Positions 1 through 10,257 of a stretch of DNA of 64,000 nt are shown in pieces. The notes beneath the pieces were generated by a model. The model was not told the origin of the DNA and did no database searches. It worked only from the letters and a program-made list of their open reading frames with translations. A program made the translations under genes and the position numbers. The stretch is from the IMG/VR virus record IMGVR_UViG_3300036985_002246, positions 64,001-128,000 of that record. One strand, given 5' to 3'. This stretch comes from a virus. Numbering within the stretch: position 1 is the first letter of the stretch; every line of letters starts with the position of its first letter.

Positions 1-8
1 AGGAGGCC

Positions 9-893
9 ATGAGTTGGTCGGACGCCTCTGAGGCCCTCGAAGGGCTGATTGGGGTGAACGCCGCTTTCCGGCTCATGCGTATGTGGCAGTCCGTGAAGAG
101 CATGGGCACGCAGTACGACCGGACAATGGACCCCGAGAAGTACTCCCAGGTCAACGCCTTCATTTCCAAGGCCCGGAAGGAACGTATCCCCAACGAGGCC
201 ATTGCCCTCTACGTGGTGGAAGTCCAGGGGCAGAAGCTGCCGAAGGGGTGGAGCCGCATGGCCGCGACAGACAAGGAAGCCATGCGAGGGCAGTTCTCCA
301 TGCCCCGTGGCAGCTACCTCCCGAAGGACAACCCCACGCTCCTGGAGCGGAAGGGCACCCCGGAGGGTCTTCAGATCTGGACCTGGGAGTCCCTGGGCCG
401 CAACGGGGACACGCACTACGTCGCCGGAGCCTGGGCAGGCAAGGCCGACAAGCCGCTCTGGCTCTACCGGTACGGCAACGTCAACAACCAGGAACGCGAG
501 ATCCAGGACACGATCAAGAACTACCTGGCCCTCGTCGAGGCCAAGCGCAAGCGGCTGGAGGAGCGCAAGAACTTCGCGCACGGCCTCCAGGTCGGGGACA
601 TTCTCGTCGCCTCCTGGGGCTACGACCAGACGAATATCAACTACTACCAGGTGACCAAGCTCATTGGGAAGGCGATCGGGCTCCGTGAGATCGCCTCCAA
701 GCTCCTCAAGTCCGACGGCTACGGCTCGGACCTGGTCACACCGTCCCCGAACCACTGGGCGGGTCCGGAAATGAAGAAGATCCCGCAGACCTACGGCAGC
801 GGGAGCGTCTACGTCAAGATCGACTCGTCGAGGTCCGCCCACAAGTGGGACGGGAAGCCCGACCGCGAGACCTCCTCCGGTTGGGGTCACTGA
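9..893 (+). CDS. hypothetical phage protein
   Basis: 294-aa ORF, AGGAGG directly upstream, GC-rich codon usage; no family recognised. Confidence 0.75.
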   Translation: MSWSDASEALEGLIGVNAAFRLMRMWQSVKSMGTQYDRTMDPEKYSQVNAFISKARKERIPNEAIALYVVEVQGQKLPKGWSRMAATDKEAMRGQFSMPRGSYLPKDNPTLLERKGTPEGLQIWTWESLGRNGDTHYVAGAWAGKADKPLWLYRYGNVNNQEREIQDTIKNYLALVEAKRKRLEERKNFAHGLQVGDILVASWGYDQTNINYYQVTKLIGKAIGLREIASKLLKSDGYGSDLVTPSPNHWAGPEMKKIPQTYGSGSVYVKIDSSRSAHKWDGKPDRETSSGWGH

Positions 894-918
894 CCCTCAA
901 TCTTCGCACCTCAGGAAA

Positions 919-1821
919 GTGACCATGACCAATCTTCGCTCCTCGCTGATCCGTCTCGCCCACGCCAACCCGGAACTGCGCGCTCAGATCCTCCCGCTCC
1001 TCACGGAGAAGTCCGCGAGCCCGACGCCGGAGACACGCCTCGCGTCGCTCACGGTGAAGCTCGCGAGCAGGCCCATGCTTCAGCCGCTCGGGCTCAACGA
1101 GCGTGCGGTCCGCGAGGGCATGGCTTCCATGCTCTACTTCATTGACGGCTCGCGAAACCACTCGAAGTTCTACGAAATGCTGATCGTGCCGAGCACGACC
1201 GGCACCTACACGCTGATCAAGAAGTGGGGCGCTCTGACGGACTCCCCGCTGACCGGCAACACCCCGGAGAAGATCGAGGACTTCGTGAGCCTCCAGAAGG
1301 CTCAGGCCATGCTCTCGAAGACCTACCGCGAGAAGGTCGGCAAGGGCTACGTGGACGCCTTCAACCCGCGAATGCACGTCTCGCCCATGAACGGGGAGAA
1401 GCTGCCTGAGGGGCAGTACCCGGTCGGCCTGAAGCGGAGCGTCGGGTTCGGTTGGGGCACCCAGTCCGCGACCCAGTGTATCCCGTCCCTCCGCAATCTC
1501 GCGGAGAAGATCGACGCGGCGCTCAACGAAATGGGTGAGGGGAGCGACCTGCTCATGCTCCTCGCCGACCTGGAAGACGCGCAGAACCTGATCAAGAGGC
1601 TCATGACGAACCCGGACGCGGTCGCCTCGGGTACGAACGACTCCCTCGGGGACATTCTCAACAAGGCGCTCAGCACCCCGATCAAGCGGGTCCGCCTCCT
1701 GGAGAAGCTGCCCGTCATGGGCGGAGCAGGTCGGCTCCCCCGAGAGGACCGGGAAGTGCTCACCTCGGAACTCAAGACGATCCGCAACTACGTCCTCAAG
1801 CAGCTTTCGCACTGCGCCTAA
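919..1821 (+). CDS. WGR-domain protein
   Basis: YFIDGSRNHSKFYEMLIV..KWGAL..AQAMLSKTYREKVGKGY matches the WGR-domain pattern; N-terminal LRSSLIRLAHANPELR motif. Confidence 0.65.
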   Translation: MTMTNLRSSLIRLAHANPELRAQILPLLTEKSASPTPETRLASLTVKLASRPMLQPLGLNERAVREGMASMLYFIDGSRNHSKFYEMLIVPSTTGTYTLIKKWGALTDSPLTGNTPEKIEDFVSLQKAQAMLSKTYREKVGKGYVDAFNPRMHVSPMNGEKLPEGQYPVGLKRSVGFGWGTQSATQCIPSLRNLAEKIDAALNEMGEGSDLLMLLADLEDAQNLIKRLMTNPDAVASGTNDSLGDILNKALSTPIKRVRLLEKLPVMGGAGRLPREDREVLTSELKTIRNYVLKQLSHCA

Positions 1822-1823
1822 CC

Positions 1824-2765
1824 ATGAAGCTCACACTTCAGAACTTGCGGCAGGGGCCGGGAGACGAGACGCCTGAGTTCGAGGCACTCCTCCTAGCGGA
1901 CGGTGTGGAGGCCGCAGTCGTGAAGTCTGACGGTCGTGGGGGGAGTGCGATCCTCCACTGGCTCCACCGGAGCGAGGACGAGGGAGCCCCGGCGATCGAC
2001 CGCAAGGCCGTCCTCGCAGAGGTCGTGAAGCGCGTTCTGAAGTCCGAGAAGGACCCAGCCGTCGCGAGAATGCTGAAGCAGTACCCGGAAGAGGCCCTCC
2101 TTTTCCTGCCTGAGGTGATTCCCGTGGGAAAGAAGTCAGCGGCTGGTCGGTCGGTGCAGGCACGCGAGGACGACAAGGAACTCAATCAGATCCTTGGCGC
2201 TCTCTTCGGCGAGTTGAAGCGCAGCAAGCAGGTTCAATCTGCGCTGCTGGGGGTCGCCGCCGACGTTGTTGAGGACATTGACTGCGAAGAAGTCATGGAC
2301 TTGGACGTGGACCCCGACGGCAGCCGCGTCATAAAGCTCAACCCTGAGGTCGAAATGGAGCGGGTCTACGAGGCCCGCGAAGGCAAGTGGGCGGACACCT
2401 TCTCCAAGGTGGACCCGAAGGTCCGCAAGCTCGTCCAGCAGTACCTCACCCGCTCCACCCTCGTCTACGGGGACAGTGAGCGGGACAGCAAGGAGAGGCT
2501 GGAGGAGGCTATCGCAGAGACCTTCTTCGATCGGATCCTCCCTTCCGAGATCGACGGGGACAAGCTCGAAGACGTGTACGACGACATTCGGTTCAACTGT
2601 GCCGACTCGGAGTCCTACTCGCGTGACCCCTACGCCTACTACGGCGTGAGCCGCCGCGACTTCATGGCCTCGGCCAAGAGGGTCGCAGCCAGGTTCCAGA
2701 CGAGGTCCGTCCCAAGCGCCCTCGCCGTGGCCACTGCCTACTCGAAGAACCACGGTTCTCGCTAG
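1824..2765 (+). CDS. hypothetical acidic protein, possibly virion-internal
   Basis: 313-aa ORF tightly coupled to the upstream gene; C-terminal KRVAARF motif. Confidence 0.7.
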   Translation: MKLTLQNLRQGPGDETPEFEALLLADGVEAAVVKSDGRGGSAILHWLHRSEDEGAPAIDRKAVLAEVVKRVLKSEKDPAVARMLKQYPEEALLFLPEVIPVGKKSAAGRSVQAREDDKELNQILGALFGELKRSKQVQSALLGVAADVVEDIDCEEVMDLDVDPDGSRVIKLNPEVEMERVYEAREGKWADTFSKVDPKVRKLVQQYLTRSTLVYGDSERDSKERLEEAIAETFFDRILPSEIDGDKLEDVYDDIRFNCADSESYSRDPYAYYGVSRRDFMASAKRVAARFQTRSVPSALAVATAYSKNHGSR

Positions 2766-2812
2766 CTCTGCAATGAGAAGACCTAACTGAGGGCTGAGCC
2801 CCAGGAGATCAC

Positions 2813-5800
2813 ATGGCTGTCATTCCGCTGAAGGTCATTACCTCGGGCTCGACCAACCAGTTTGGCGTCTCAGACGAACTCGGTGTGCTCGGGGTTGACG
2901 CCCGTGTGGCGGGACCCCTCACGATCGGCAGCACCGTCGCGACCTCACTCGTCGTGAATGGAGCGGCAGTCACCCAGGTGAGCGTGGGCGTTGGCGGGGG
3001 CACCGTCCTCAACATTCCCTCGGACAGTGCCTTCAACGTCACGGCGGGCAACAACGGCACGGCTGGCAGCCAAGTCAATCTCGTGGCCGGTGACGGCGTC
3101 TCGGGTGCCGGTGGCACTGTTTTCGTCACGGCGGGCGCGGGCGCGGGCGCGGGGAACGGCGGCGGTATCAACCTGGCGGCTGGCCTCGCCTTGACAGGTT
3201 CTCCGGGCTCTGTGGTGGCTGGCGCAGGCAGCACACTGGCAGGAACACAGCCTGGCGGCAATATCCAGTTGTCTGGTGGTGCAAGCGTGGGCGGTGCAGG
3301 TGGTCCGGTCACTCTGACGGGTGGCCTCACGACTGCTGGAGCCTCTGCGGCAGGAGCGGTCAGTCTGACCGGCGGGTCCAACAACGGAGTCTACTCCGCC
3401 GACTTCGGCAGCAGCCTCGCCTTCTCTTCTCCGACGGTCACGCTGACACGAGCGACTGGAACATGGACCGGCGCTGACGTAGGTCGCACGATCCGTATCT
3501 CTGGTGCTGCTGCACCCGGCAACAACGGCGACTTCGTGATCTTGACGAACCCCGCAGGCAACCAGGTCACCTGGGACAACCTCGCTGGCGGCGCTTCCGA
3601 GCCAGGGTACGCTGGGTACTGGGAAGTTCTGGGCACAGGGGCCGCAGGCAACGTCACTCTCACGGGCGGTGGCACCACCCGCCTCGGCAACGGTGGCAGC
3701 GTCCTGCTGACAGGCGGTACCTCGACGATCAGCAACGGAGGGCCGATCACGCTCACTGCGGGCCTTGGTGGCTCGGCTGGTGTTGGCGGCGACATCAGCC
3801 TCACTGCTGGTGCGACTACCACCGAAGACAACGACGGCGGGTATGTCAATATCTACGGCGGGAATTCCACCAATGCAATCTCGGCCTACGGCGGCGGGAT
3901 TGGGCTCTATGCTGGTGAGCAGACGGACCCAGCCGCCACAGGTAGCGGTGGCCCTGTATCCATTCAGGGTGGGACTGCTCAAGGTGTGGGTGGGACCGGC
4001 GGCGGTATCACACTGATTGCCGGATCGGGTTCCATCGGCGGGGGTCTCTCTGTCACGGGAGGCTACGCTACCGAAGGTGTTGGTGGGCCTATCAGTCTGG
4101 AAGGTGGTGTCGGTGGTTTCACCCCAGGCAGCAATGGCGGTGCAATCACTTTGGTGTCTGGTCAGGCTGTCAATGGCACTGGTGTTAGTGGTGCCATTTC
4201 GCTGACTGGAGGTACCAACAACGGCTATTTCTCCAGCGGAACCGCTGGGATTGCCTCGGTGCTTGGAACGACCACGCTGACAAGTGACGCTGGGACGCCC
4301 TTCTCAGGGCTCGACGTGGGCCGCCGGATTCGCATTCAGGGCGCAACTGACGTGCTCAACAACGGCGACTTCGTGATTCTCACGGTGGACGGCGGTGGGG
4401 CATGGGTCACATACGCCAACGCCTCGGCTGGAGCCGACCAGGCTTCAGGGGCACCATGGTACGTTCTGGGTCAGGGTGCCGCCGGGTCAGTCAATATCGG
4501 GGGTGGCGCGCACGCCGCCAACGGTAACGGTGGTGGTGTTTCCCTGTCGGGTGGTGACTCGCTGCATAAGCTGCCTGGTGCCACAACGATCACAACCCCG
4601 CGAAGTGCCGACACCAGTGCAATCACTGCGGGTCCGGCCCTCACGCTCACCCAGTCAGGGGCGAATGGCGCAACCACGAGCCTCTTCTCGGGGACTGTCG
4701 ATCCGACCGCAAGCGGTGGCGTCGTCGCGAACGCAGGCTCCCTCTACCTGCGGAGCGCAGGCGAACTCTGGGTCAAGACGGCAGGGACCTGGGTCAAGGC
4801 GGCCACTGGGGCTGCTGCCGACCTCCAGGCTACCTACGTCGTAGGCAACACGATCTCGGTGACCGACGCAGAGGGAATCGTAGCCCTCACTGCTGCGGCA
4901 GCTTCGACCGTGAGCGTGCTCTCGGTCACCTCGGCGTCCTCCTCGACCTCTGCTGCACTCCTCGTCAACGGATTGGGGACCAGCGCAGGCGGCAACGCCC
5001 TCCAGGTGCAGAACAAGAGCGCCGACGTACTCAGGATCGACCACAGCGGCAACTTCGTCGTTGCGGGAACGGCTGGCACGGGAGCAGTTGACGGAAGCTA
5101 CGTCCAGATCGCAGGCGGGACCGGCTACACGAATATCACCGACACGGGAGCCGGTGGTGGCGTCACTATCCAGGGAGGTTCAACCCTCCTTGGAACCTTC
5201 GGTGGCTCCGTTCAGATCAGTGGTGGCCCTCAGATCGGTGGCACTGGCGTTGGCACGGGCGGGAATGTCACCCTCACGGGTGGCAACACCGGCAACACGG
5301 GCCTTCCCGGTGGGATCACGCTCAACTCTCCGCGCAACGCCACGACGAACCTCGGGTCGCGTGTTGGCCCGGCACTCACGCTCTCACAGAGCGGAACTGG
5401 TGGCACCACGATCCATGTGTTTGCAGGCTCCGCAGACCCCCGCACGGGCTCCGGAATCGTCGCCAACGCGGGCTCCCTGTTCCACCGGATCGTCAGCAGC
5501 ACGACCGGCGAACTGTACCTCAAGACCACGCAAGGCACGGCCACGGCTTGGAGCCCGCTCTCGATCCCGACGACCGTTCCGGTCACGGCCTTCACGACGA
5601 GCACCGCGACCACTGGTCAGGTCGTGAAGGTCACCGCAGCCGACACGCTGGCTGCGGCCTTCGCAACCAGTGGTGAGATCTCGACGATCGGGATCCAGAT
5701 CAACAGTGCCACCCCGTACCAGGTCGTCTGCTCCGGTCGCGTCACGGGGCTCCTCGACGACCTCGGTGCAGCACTGACCCCAGGTGCTCGGTACTACCTG

Positions 5801-5932
5801 AGCGAGACGGTGGCGGGCAAGATCACCTCTGTCATGCCGGTCCTGCCGGGCTCGCTCGTTCGTCGTATTGGCTGGGCTGACTCGGCTTCGAGCCTGATCG
5901 TCTCGATCGGCGAGGGCACGGTTCTCTCCTGA
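2813..5932 (+). CDS. Gly/Thr-rich fibre-like structural protein (paralog 1)
   Basis: 1039 aa, repeated GxVxLxGG units, two copies of a ~100-aa DVGR.IRI.GA...NNGDFVIL module, AGGAG SD; N- and C-termini shared with 6019..9057. Confidence 0.7.
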   Translation: MAVIPLKVITSGSTNQFGVSDELGVLGVDARVAGPLTIGSTVATSLVVNGAAVTQVSVGVGGGTVLNIPSDSAFNVTAGNNGTAGSQVNLVAGDGVSGAGGTVFVTAGAGAGAGNGGGINLAAGLALTGSPGSVVAGAGSTLAGTQPGGNIQLSGGASVGGAGGPVTLTGGLTTAGASAAGAVSLTGGSNNGVYSADFGSSLAFSSPTVTLTRATGTWTGADVGRTIRISGAAAPGNNGDFVILTNPAGNQVTWDNLAGGASEPGYAGYWEVLGTGAAGNVTLTGGGTTRLGNGGSVLLTGGTSTISNGGPITLTAGLGGSAGVGGDISLTAGATTTEDNDGGYVNIYGGNSTNAISAYGGGIGLYAGEQTDPAATGSGGPVSIQGGTAQGVGGTGGGITLIAGSGSIGGGLSVTGGYATEGVGGPISLEGGVGGFTPGSNGGAITLVSGQAVNGTGVSGAISLTGGTNNGYFSSGTAGIASVLGTTTLTSDAGTPFSGLDVGRRIRIQGATDVLNNGDFVILTVDGGGAWVTYANASAGADQASGAPWYVLGQGAAGSVNIGGGAHAANGNGGGVSLSGGDSLHKLPGATTITTPRSADTSAITAGPALTLTQSGANGATTSLFSGTVDPTASGGVVANAGSLYLRSAGELWVKTAGTWVKAATGAAADLQATYVVGNTISVTDAEGIVALTAAAASTVSVLSVTSASSSTSAALLVNGLGTSAGGNALQVQNKSADVLRIDHSGNFVVAGTAGTGAVDGSYVQIAGGTGYTNITDTGAGGGVTIQGGSTLLGTFGGSVQISGGPQIGGTGVGTGGNVTLTGGNTGNTGLPGGITLNSPRNATTNLGSRVGPALTLSQSGTGGTTIHVFAGSADPRTGSGIVANAGSLFHRIVSSTTGELYLKTTQGTATAWSPLSIPTTVPVTAFTTSTATTGQVVKVTAADTLAAAFATSGEISTIGIQINSATPYQVVCSGRVTGLLDDLGAALTPGARYYLSETVAGKITSVMPVLPGSLVRRIGWADSASSLIVSIGEGTVLS

Positions 5933-6018
5933 GCCTAAGGGGGCTCTCTCTCTCTTCCTCTCTCTGAAGTGGCAATGAAGTGACTCAGTCAAGAGGCTGA
6001 GTCACAGGAGATCTCCCC

Positions 6019-9000
6019 ATGGCTGTCGTACCGCTGAAAATCGTCACTGCTGGCTCAACGCAGCAGTTTGGCACCTCCGACGAGCTTGCAGTCCTCGGGG
6101 TTGACGCCCGAGCGGCTGGGGCTCTCACGCTAGGTGGCACCACTGCGACCTCGGTCGTCCTTGGCAACGCCTCTGCCACGCAGGTCGAGATCGTTCCTGG
6201 TGTGCTGAGCTTCCGGGAGGCGGTCGCTCACGACATTCGGATCGGTGACGCCGCCACGCTCAACGCCTCGGCCTCGACGCTCTCGGTCACGGGTGGCGCG
6301 GGCAACGGTTCTGGGGCGGGCGGCACGCTTGCCCTGGCGGGTGGTGCAGCCCCAGGTGCTGGACTTGGTGGCTCGATCACCCTCACGGGCGGGACCTCGT
6401 CTACGGGGACGGGGGGCGGGGTCATGGTCTCGTCGCCACGCTCTCCGACGAACACGGGGGCAGCAACCGGCAACGGTCCGGCTCTGACGATCGCGCAGAC
6501 GGGGACAAGCCCTGCCTCGGTCTCAGTCTTCGCGGGCTCTGTAGCCCCCTCGGGTGGTACGGGCGTCGTCGCCAGTGAGGGCTCGCTGTACCTCAGGAGC
6601 ACGGGTGGTGCTGGTGCCCTCTACGTCAAGACCGGGGCGGGGGACACGTCGTGGTTCCAGGCGTCCACGTCTCTTCAGACGGCATATGACGGCGGGGCTA
6701 CGATTGCAGCGACGGTCGGCAGGGCCATTGCTTTCTCGAACGCAGTCGTCGGTGACAACACTGACCTGCTGTCTGTGACGCGCACCGCGTCGAGCACGAG
6801 GCCGGGACTCAACGTCCAGATGATCGCCGCCTCGCAGTCTGGCGCGGGCGTGCTGATCAACCGCACGGGGGCAAGTTCAGGGCACGGGTTGGAGATCACC
6901 ACGGACGCTAGCGCGACCGGCAATGGTATCTCAGTAACAACGTCAGCTAACAACGTCACAGGGCTCTCTGTCACGAACAGTGCGGCTTCCACGGTCGCCA
7001 CGTTCACGAACAATCAGGCTAGCAGCACGAAGCCTGGTGTGACGATCACCAACAACTCGGCGTCGGCCTCAGGCACCCCCCATGCCCTCATGGTCACTCA
7101 GGTCGGCGGGACCGTGTCGCACGGTATCTACGCAACGTCTACAGCAACCTCTGCGAACTATGCAGCCGTGCTTGCAGAGACCACGCACGCAGTCGGGTCT
7201 GCCTTCATTGCCCGCACCGTCAGCACGGTCACGGGCGGCCTGATCCAACTGACGGGTGCTGGACACGTCTACCTGACGGCGGGCACCTCGTCGGGGGCCT
7301 CGGGCGAGACAGTCAGCATTGCGGGTGGTGCGGGGTCTGCCAACACGGGCGGAATCGTAGACATTGCGGGCGGCACCGGCACAACGGGCGGTGAGGCTCG
7401 GCTCAAGGGTGGTGCGGGCACAGCTTCCGGAAACGCTGGCGGTGTTGCCTCGGTCACAGGCGGTGCCGGAAACGCCACGGGCGCAGGCGGTGCTGTCACG
7501 ATCACGGGTGGTGCCTCACCCTCTGGGACGACCATTGGCGGCGCAGTCACTATCACGGGCGGAGCAAACACCTCTCAAACGGGCGACGCCGGACTGGTCA
7601 CTATCAAGGGCGGTAGGCCACGAGGCGGCGTGTCAGGCAGCCTCGACGACGGCAAGGTCATTGTCTCCGGTGGCGATTCGACCGCTGGCGTCGGGTCCAA
7701 GGGCGGAGACGTTGAGATCAAGGGTGGTGCCAACGCGACGAACAGTGGTGCCATTGCAGCCGGTGGTGTGACCGTCAACGGCGCAGACATAACAGCCAAC
7801 TCCGCAAGCATTGGAGGCCCTGTAACTGTCAGAGGCGGCGACGTTGGTGCAACCACCAGCACTGGAAACGGAGGTGCCCTTACCCTGAGGGGTGGAAACT
7901 TCGCCCCGTCCGGTGGTACCCCTACGGGTATTGGAGGGGACGTTACACTCTCTGGAGGCAACGTATCCAGGGGCACTGGCCGTTCAGGAAACGTGAGTAT
8001 CACGGGCGGGTCGCCCTCCACGGGCCTCACGGCGGCAAACGCTGGAACCGTTACGATCTCCGGTGGTATCGCCCCAGGTCTCACCAACACAGGGTCGGGC
8101 GGCGCACTCAGCCTGAGCGGCGGGTGGTCGAACTTCGGCGTCGGCGGTGCTGCCAGCCTCACAGCGGGGTATGGGACAACGGGCGGCAGCCTCACCCTGG
8201 AGGCCGGTAGTGCTGGGGGCACCGGAACAGGCGGGACGATTGGTATCACCGCTGGCGGCGGCGGCTCTACCTCAACCGGCGCGGGTGCGATCACGATCAC
8301 GGCTGGAAACTCGACGAACAACACGGGTACAGCCCCCGGAGCGCCTGTCTCGGTCACAGCCGGTGGGACGACCTCTTCCAACGTCCTGGCCGTCGGCGGC
8401 GACATTACCCTCACGGGTGGCACAGCCAGCAACGTAGCGGTCAAGCCCGGCACCGTGAACGTCGTCACGACCCGCACCGCCACGACGGGTGCGGGGGCGA
8501 AGGACGGGCCGGTTCTCACGCTCCAGCAGTCGTCGCAGACGATCAGTGTGTTCGCGGGCACTGCTGCACCCTCGGCGGGGTCCGGCGTCGTGGCTGGCAA
8601 CGGCTCGATCTACCACCGCAACAGTGGCACCACGACCGGCGAGCTTTGGCTCAAGACCGGGACCGGGAACACGTCGTGGGAACAACTCGTCGTGTCGTCC
8701 TCGCTCGGCGTGGTCACCTTCGGGACCAGCACGGCAACCACCGGTCAGGTGGTTACGATCTCCGGCTCGGACGCGCTGGCTGCTGCAATCGCGACCTCAG
8801 GCAACGTGCCCACGATCGGTATCCAGACCAACGCTGCTACTCCCTACAAGGTCGCTCAGACAGGCCGCGTGACGGTGGCCACGGACGACCTCGGTGCCGC
8901 ACTGGTGGTGGGCACGACCTACTACCTGAGCGCGACGGTGGCAGGGAAGGTCACGGCCAATCCCCCGGCCACGGTGGGCGTGCTTGTGCGCCGCGTCGGC

Positions 9001-9057
9001 TGGGCTGACACGACCACGAGCCTCGTCGTCTCGATCGACAGCGGCGTCGTCAACTGA
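6019..9057 (+). CDS. Gly/Thr-rich fibre-like structural protein (paralog 2)
   Basis: 1012 aa, MAVVPLKIVTAGSTQQFG N-terminus and RRVGWAD..SLVVSI C-terminus near-identical to 2813..5932. Confidence 0.7.
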   Translation: MAVVPLKIVTAGSTQQFGTSDELAVLGVDARAAGALTLGGTTATSVVLGNASATQVEIVPGVLSFREAVAHDIRIGDAATLNASASTLSVTGGAGNGSGAGGTLALAGGAAPGAGLGGSITLTGGTSSTGTGGGVMVSSPRSPTNTGAATGNGPALTIAQTGTSPASVSVFAGSVAPSGGTGVVASEGSLYLRSTGGAGALYVKTGAGDTSWFQASTSLQTAYDGGATIAATVGRAIAFSNAVVGDNTDLLSVTRTASSTRPGLNVQMIAASQSGAGVLINRTGASSGHGLEITTDASATGNGISVTTSANNVTGLSVTNSAASTVATFTNNQASSTKPGVTITNNSASASGTPHALMVTQVGGTVSHGIYATSTATSANYAAVLAETTHAVGSAFIARTVSTVTGGLIQLTGAGHVYLTAGTSSGASGETVSIAGGAGSANTGGIVDIAGGTGTTGGEARLKGGAGTASGNAGGVASVTGGAGNATGAGGAVTITGGASPSGTTIGGAVTITGGANTSQTGDAGLVTIKGGRPRGGVSGSLDDGKVIVSGGDSTAGVGSKGGDVEIKGGANATNSGAIAAGGVTVNGADITANSASIGGPVTVRGGDVGATTSTGNGGALTLRGGNFAPSGGTPTGIGGDVTLSGGNVSRGTGRSGNVSITGGSPSTGLTAANAGTVTISGGIAPGLTNTGSGGALSLSGGWSNFGVGGAASLTAGYGTTGGSLTLEAGSAGGTGTGGTIGITAGGGGSTSTGAGAITITAGNSTNNTGTAPGAPVSVTAGGTTSSNVLAVGGDITLTGGTASNVAVKPGTVNVVTTRTATTGAGAKDGPVLTLQQSSQTISVFAGTAAPSAGSGVVAGNGSIYHRNSGTTTGELWLKTGTGNTSWEQLVVSSSLGVVTFGTSTATTGQVVTISGSDALAAAIATSGNVPTIGIQTNAATPYKVAQTGRVTVATDDLGAALVVGTTYYLSATVAGKVTANPPATVGVLVRRVGWADTTTSLVVSIDSGVVN

Positions 9058-9063
9058 GTCTAG

Positions 9064-9093
9064 GTCGGGGGTGCCCGCAAGAGCACCCCCGAC
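9064..9093. terminator. hairpin between convergent genes, probable terminator
   Basis: GTCGGGGGTGC-CCGCAAGA-GCACCCCCGAC 11-bp stem; no clear U tract. Confidence 0.5.
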
Positions 9094-9098
9094 AGAGA

Positions 9099-10037
9099 TC
9101 AGGACGCCGAGAGCGTGTCGTCGTCGCGGAGGACTTCTCGGATCCGCGAGAGCATGGACGCCATGCGGTTCCGGGACACGCCTGCCTCGGAAGCGAGCGT
9201 GGCCCGCTTGCCCCCGTCCACGAGAGCGTCGAACAGTGCGGCGTAGCGGGGGCCTGCCCCTGCAATCTTCCGGAGGACGACCTCCCGTGCCCGCTCCAAC
9301 GTCTCGGCGGAGACGAGCGCGTCCTCTGCGTCCTCTGCGTGGGGGTCGAAGAGGTCACTGACGACCTCACCGTTCTCGACCTCGTAGCGGCGCTCGACGG
9401 CGCTCTCGGTCGAATGGATCGCGACCACCGGGAGCTTCCCAGCGTCTGCCTGACGGTCACGGTGGGTCTTGGCACCACGGCTCTGCCGGAGGGAGGCGTC
9501 CACGCCCCACCCACGGATCTCGGTGCAGGCGGACTGGTACGCCCAGACGCGCAGGACACCCGGCTGGATCGGCTTCCCAAGCTCCAGGTAGGGGGCAAGC
9601 TGGTCCTTCTCGACGAGGCGGCACAGGAACGTCTGGACGTGGTCCTCGACCACGTCGATCTGCCGCGAAGTCTGGAGCTTCTGCCCCAGGTAATCGACGA
9701 GCATTCGCCGCGTCTTCGTCCCGTTGGACGCGAGCCACTGAGCCGTGAGGTTGACCTTCCGGGGCTTGGGAGCCTCCAGGGTCTTGACCACCTTGGGCTT
9801 GTGCTCCTCCGGGAGGGGCGTGTTGTCCACCATGGCGACCAGAGCCTGGCCGAGTGGGTTGGTCGTGTGCCGACCGCCGAAGGCAGCGATAGCGGACTCG
9901 TGGATCTCCTGCTCCACCTCGTCCGCAATCGCGACTAGCTCCTGGCAGAAGCCGCTGGCCGCGTGTCGTCCGCCGAGCGTCTGAATGACAGCCCGCAGAT
10001 CGTCCAAAAACGAGAGTTCCCCGTGCTCTTGTGACAT
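9099..10037 (-). CDS. sigma-70/ECF-like factor
   Basis: ATG 10037 with GGAG SD; region-2-like VEDHVQTFLCRL..AYQSAC and C-terminal HTH RATLASEAGVSRNRMASMLSRIREVL. Confidence 0.5.
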   Translation of the reverse strand: MSQEHGELSFLDDLRAVIQTLGGRHAASGFCQELVAIADEVEQEIHESAIAAFGGRHTTNPLGQALVAMVDNTPLPEEHKPKVVKTLEAPKPRKVNLTAQWLASNGTKTRRMLVDYLGQKLQTSRQIDVVEDHVQTFLCRLVEKDQLAPYLELGKPIQPGVLRVWAYQSACTEIRGWGVDASLRQSRGAKTHRDRQADAGKLPVVAIHSTESAVERRYEVENGEVVSDLFDPHAEDAEDALVSAETLERAREVVLRKIAGAGPRYAALFDALVDGGKRATLASEAGVSRNRMASMLSRIREVLRDDDTLSAS

Positions 10038-10257
10038 TGAAGACTCCGTGTTCGTGGCCCTGAAGTCAGTGACTTTCGGGCTAATTGGGTCCTCACGAGA
10101 CGCTGAGTCGTGTGAGGTGCTGACAGGATAACCGACCCCCCGACGACCTGTAAAGCGGAATTCGCCAACCCAATGCGTTTTCTCTGTGGCCCTGCTCCGG
10201 TAAAGGGACAATGGGAACGCAGAGGTGCGCCCCCCACCTCTCGGAGCCTCGCCTCAC

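Noticed and set aside
2813-9057. Diversity-generating retroelement or invertible fibre switch
   Set aside because: No reverse transcriptase, invertase, or near-identical TR/VR nucleotide pair with A-specific differences was seen.
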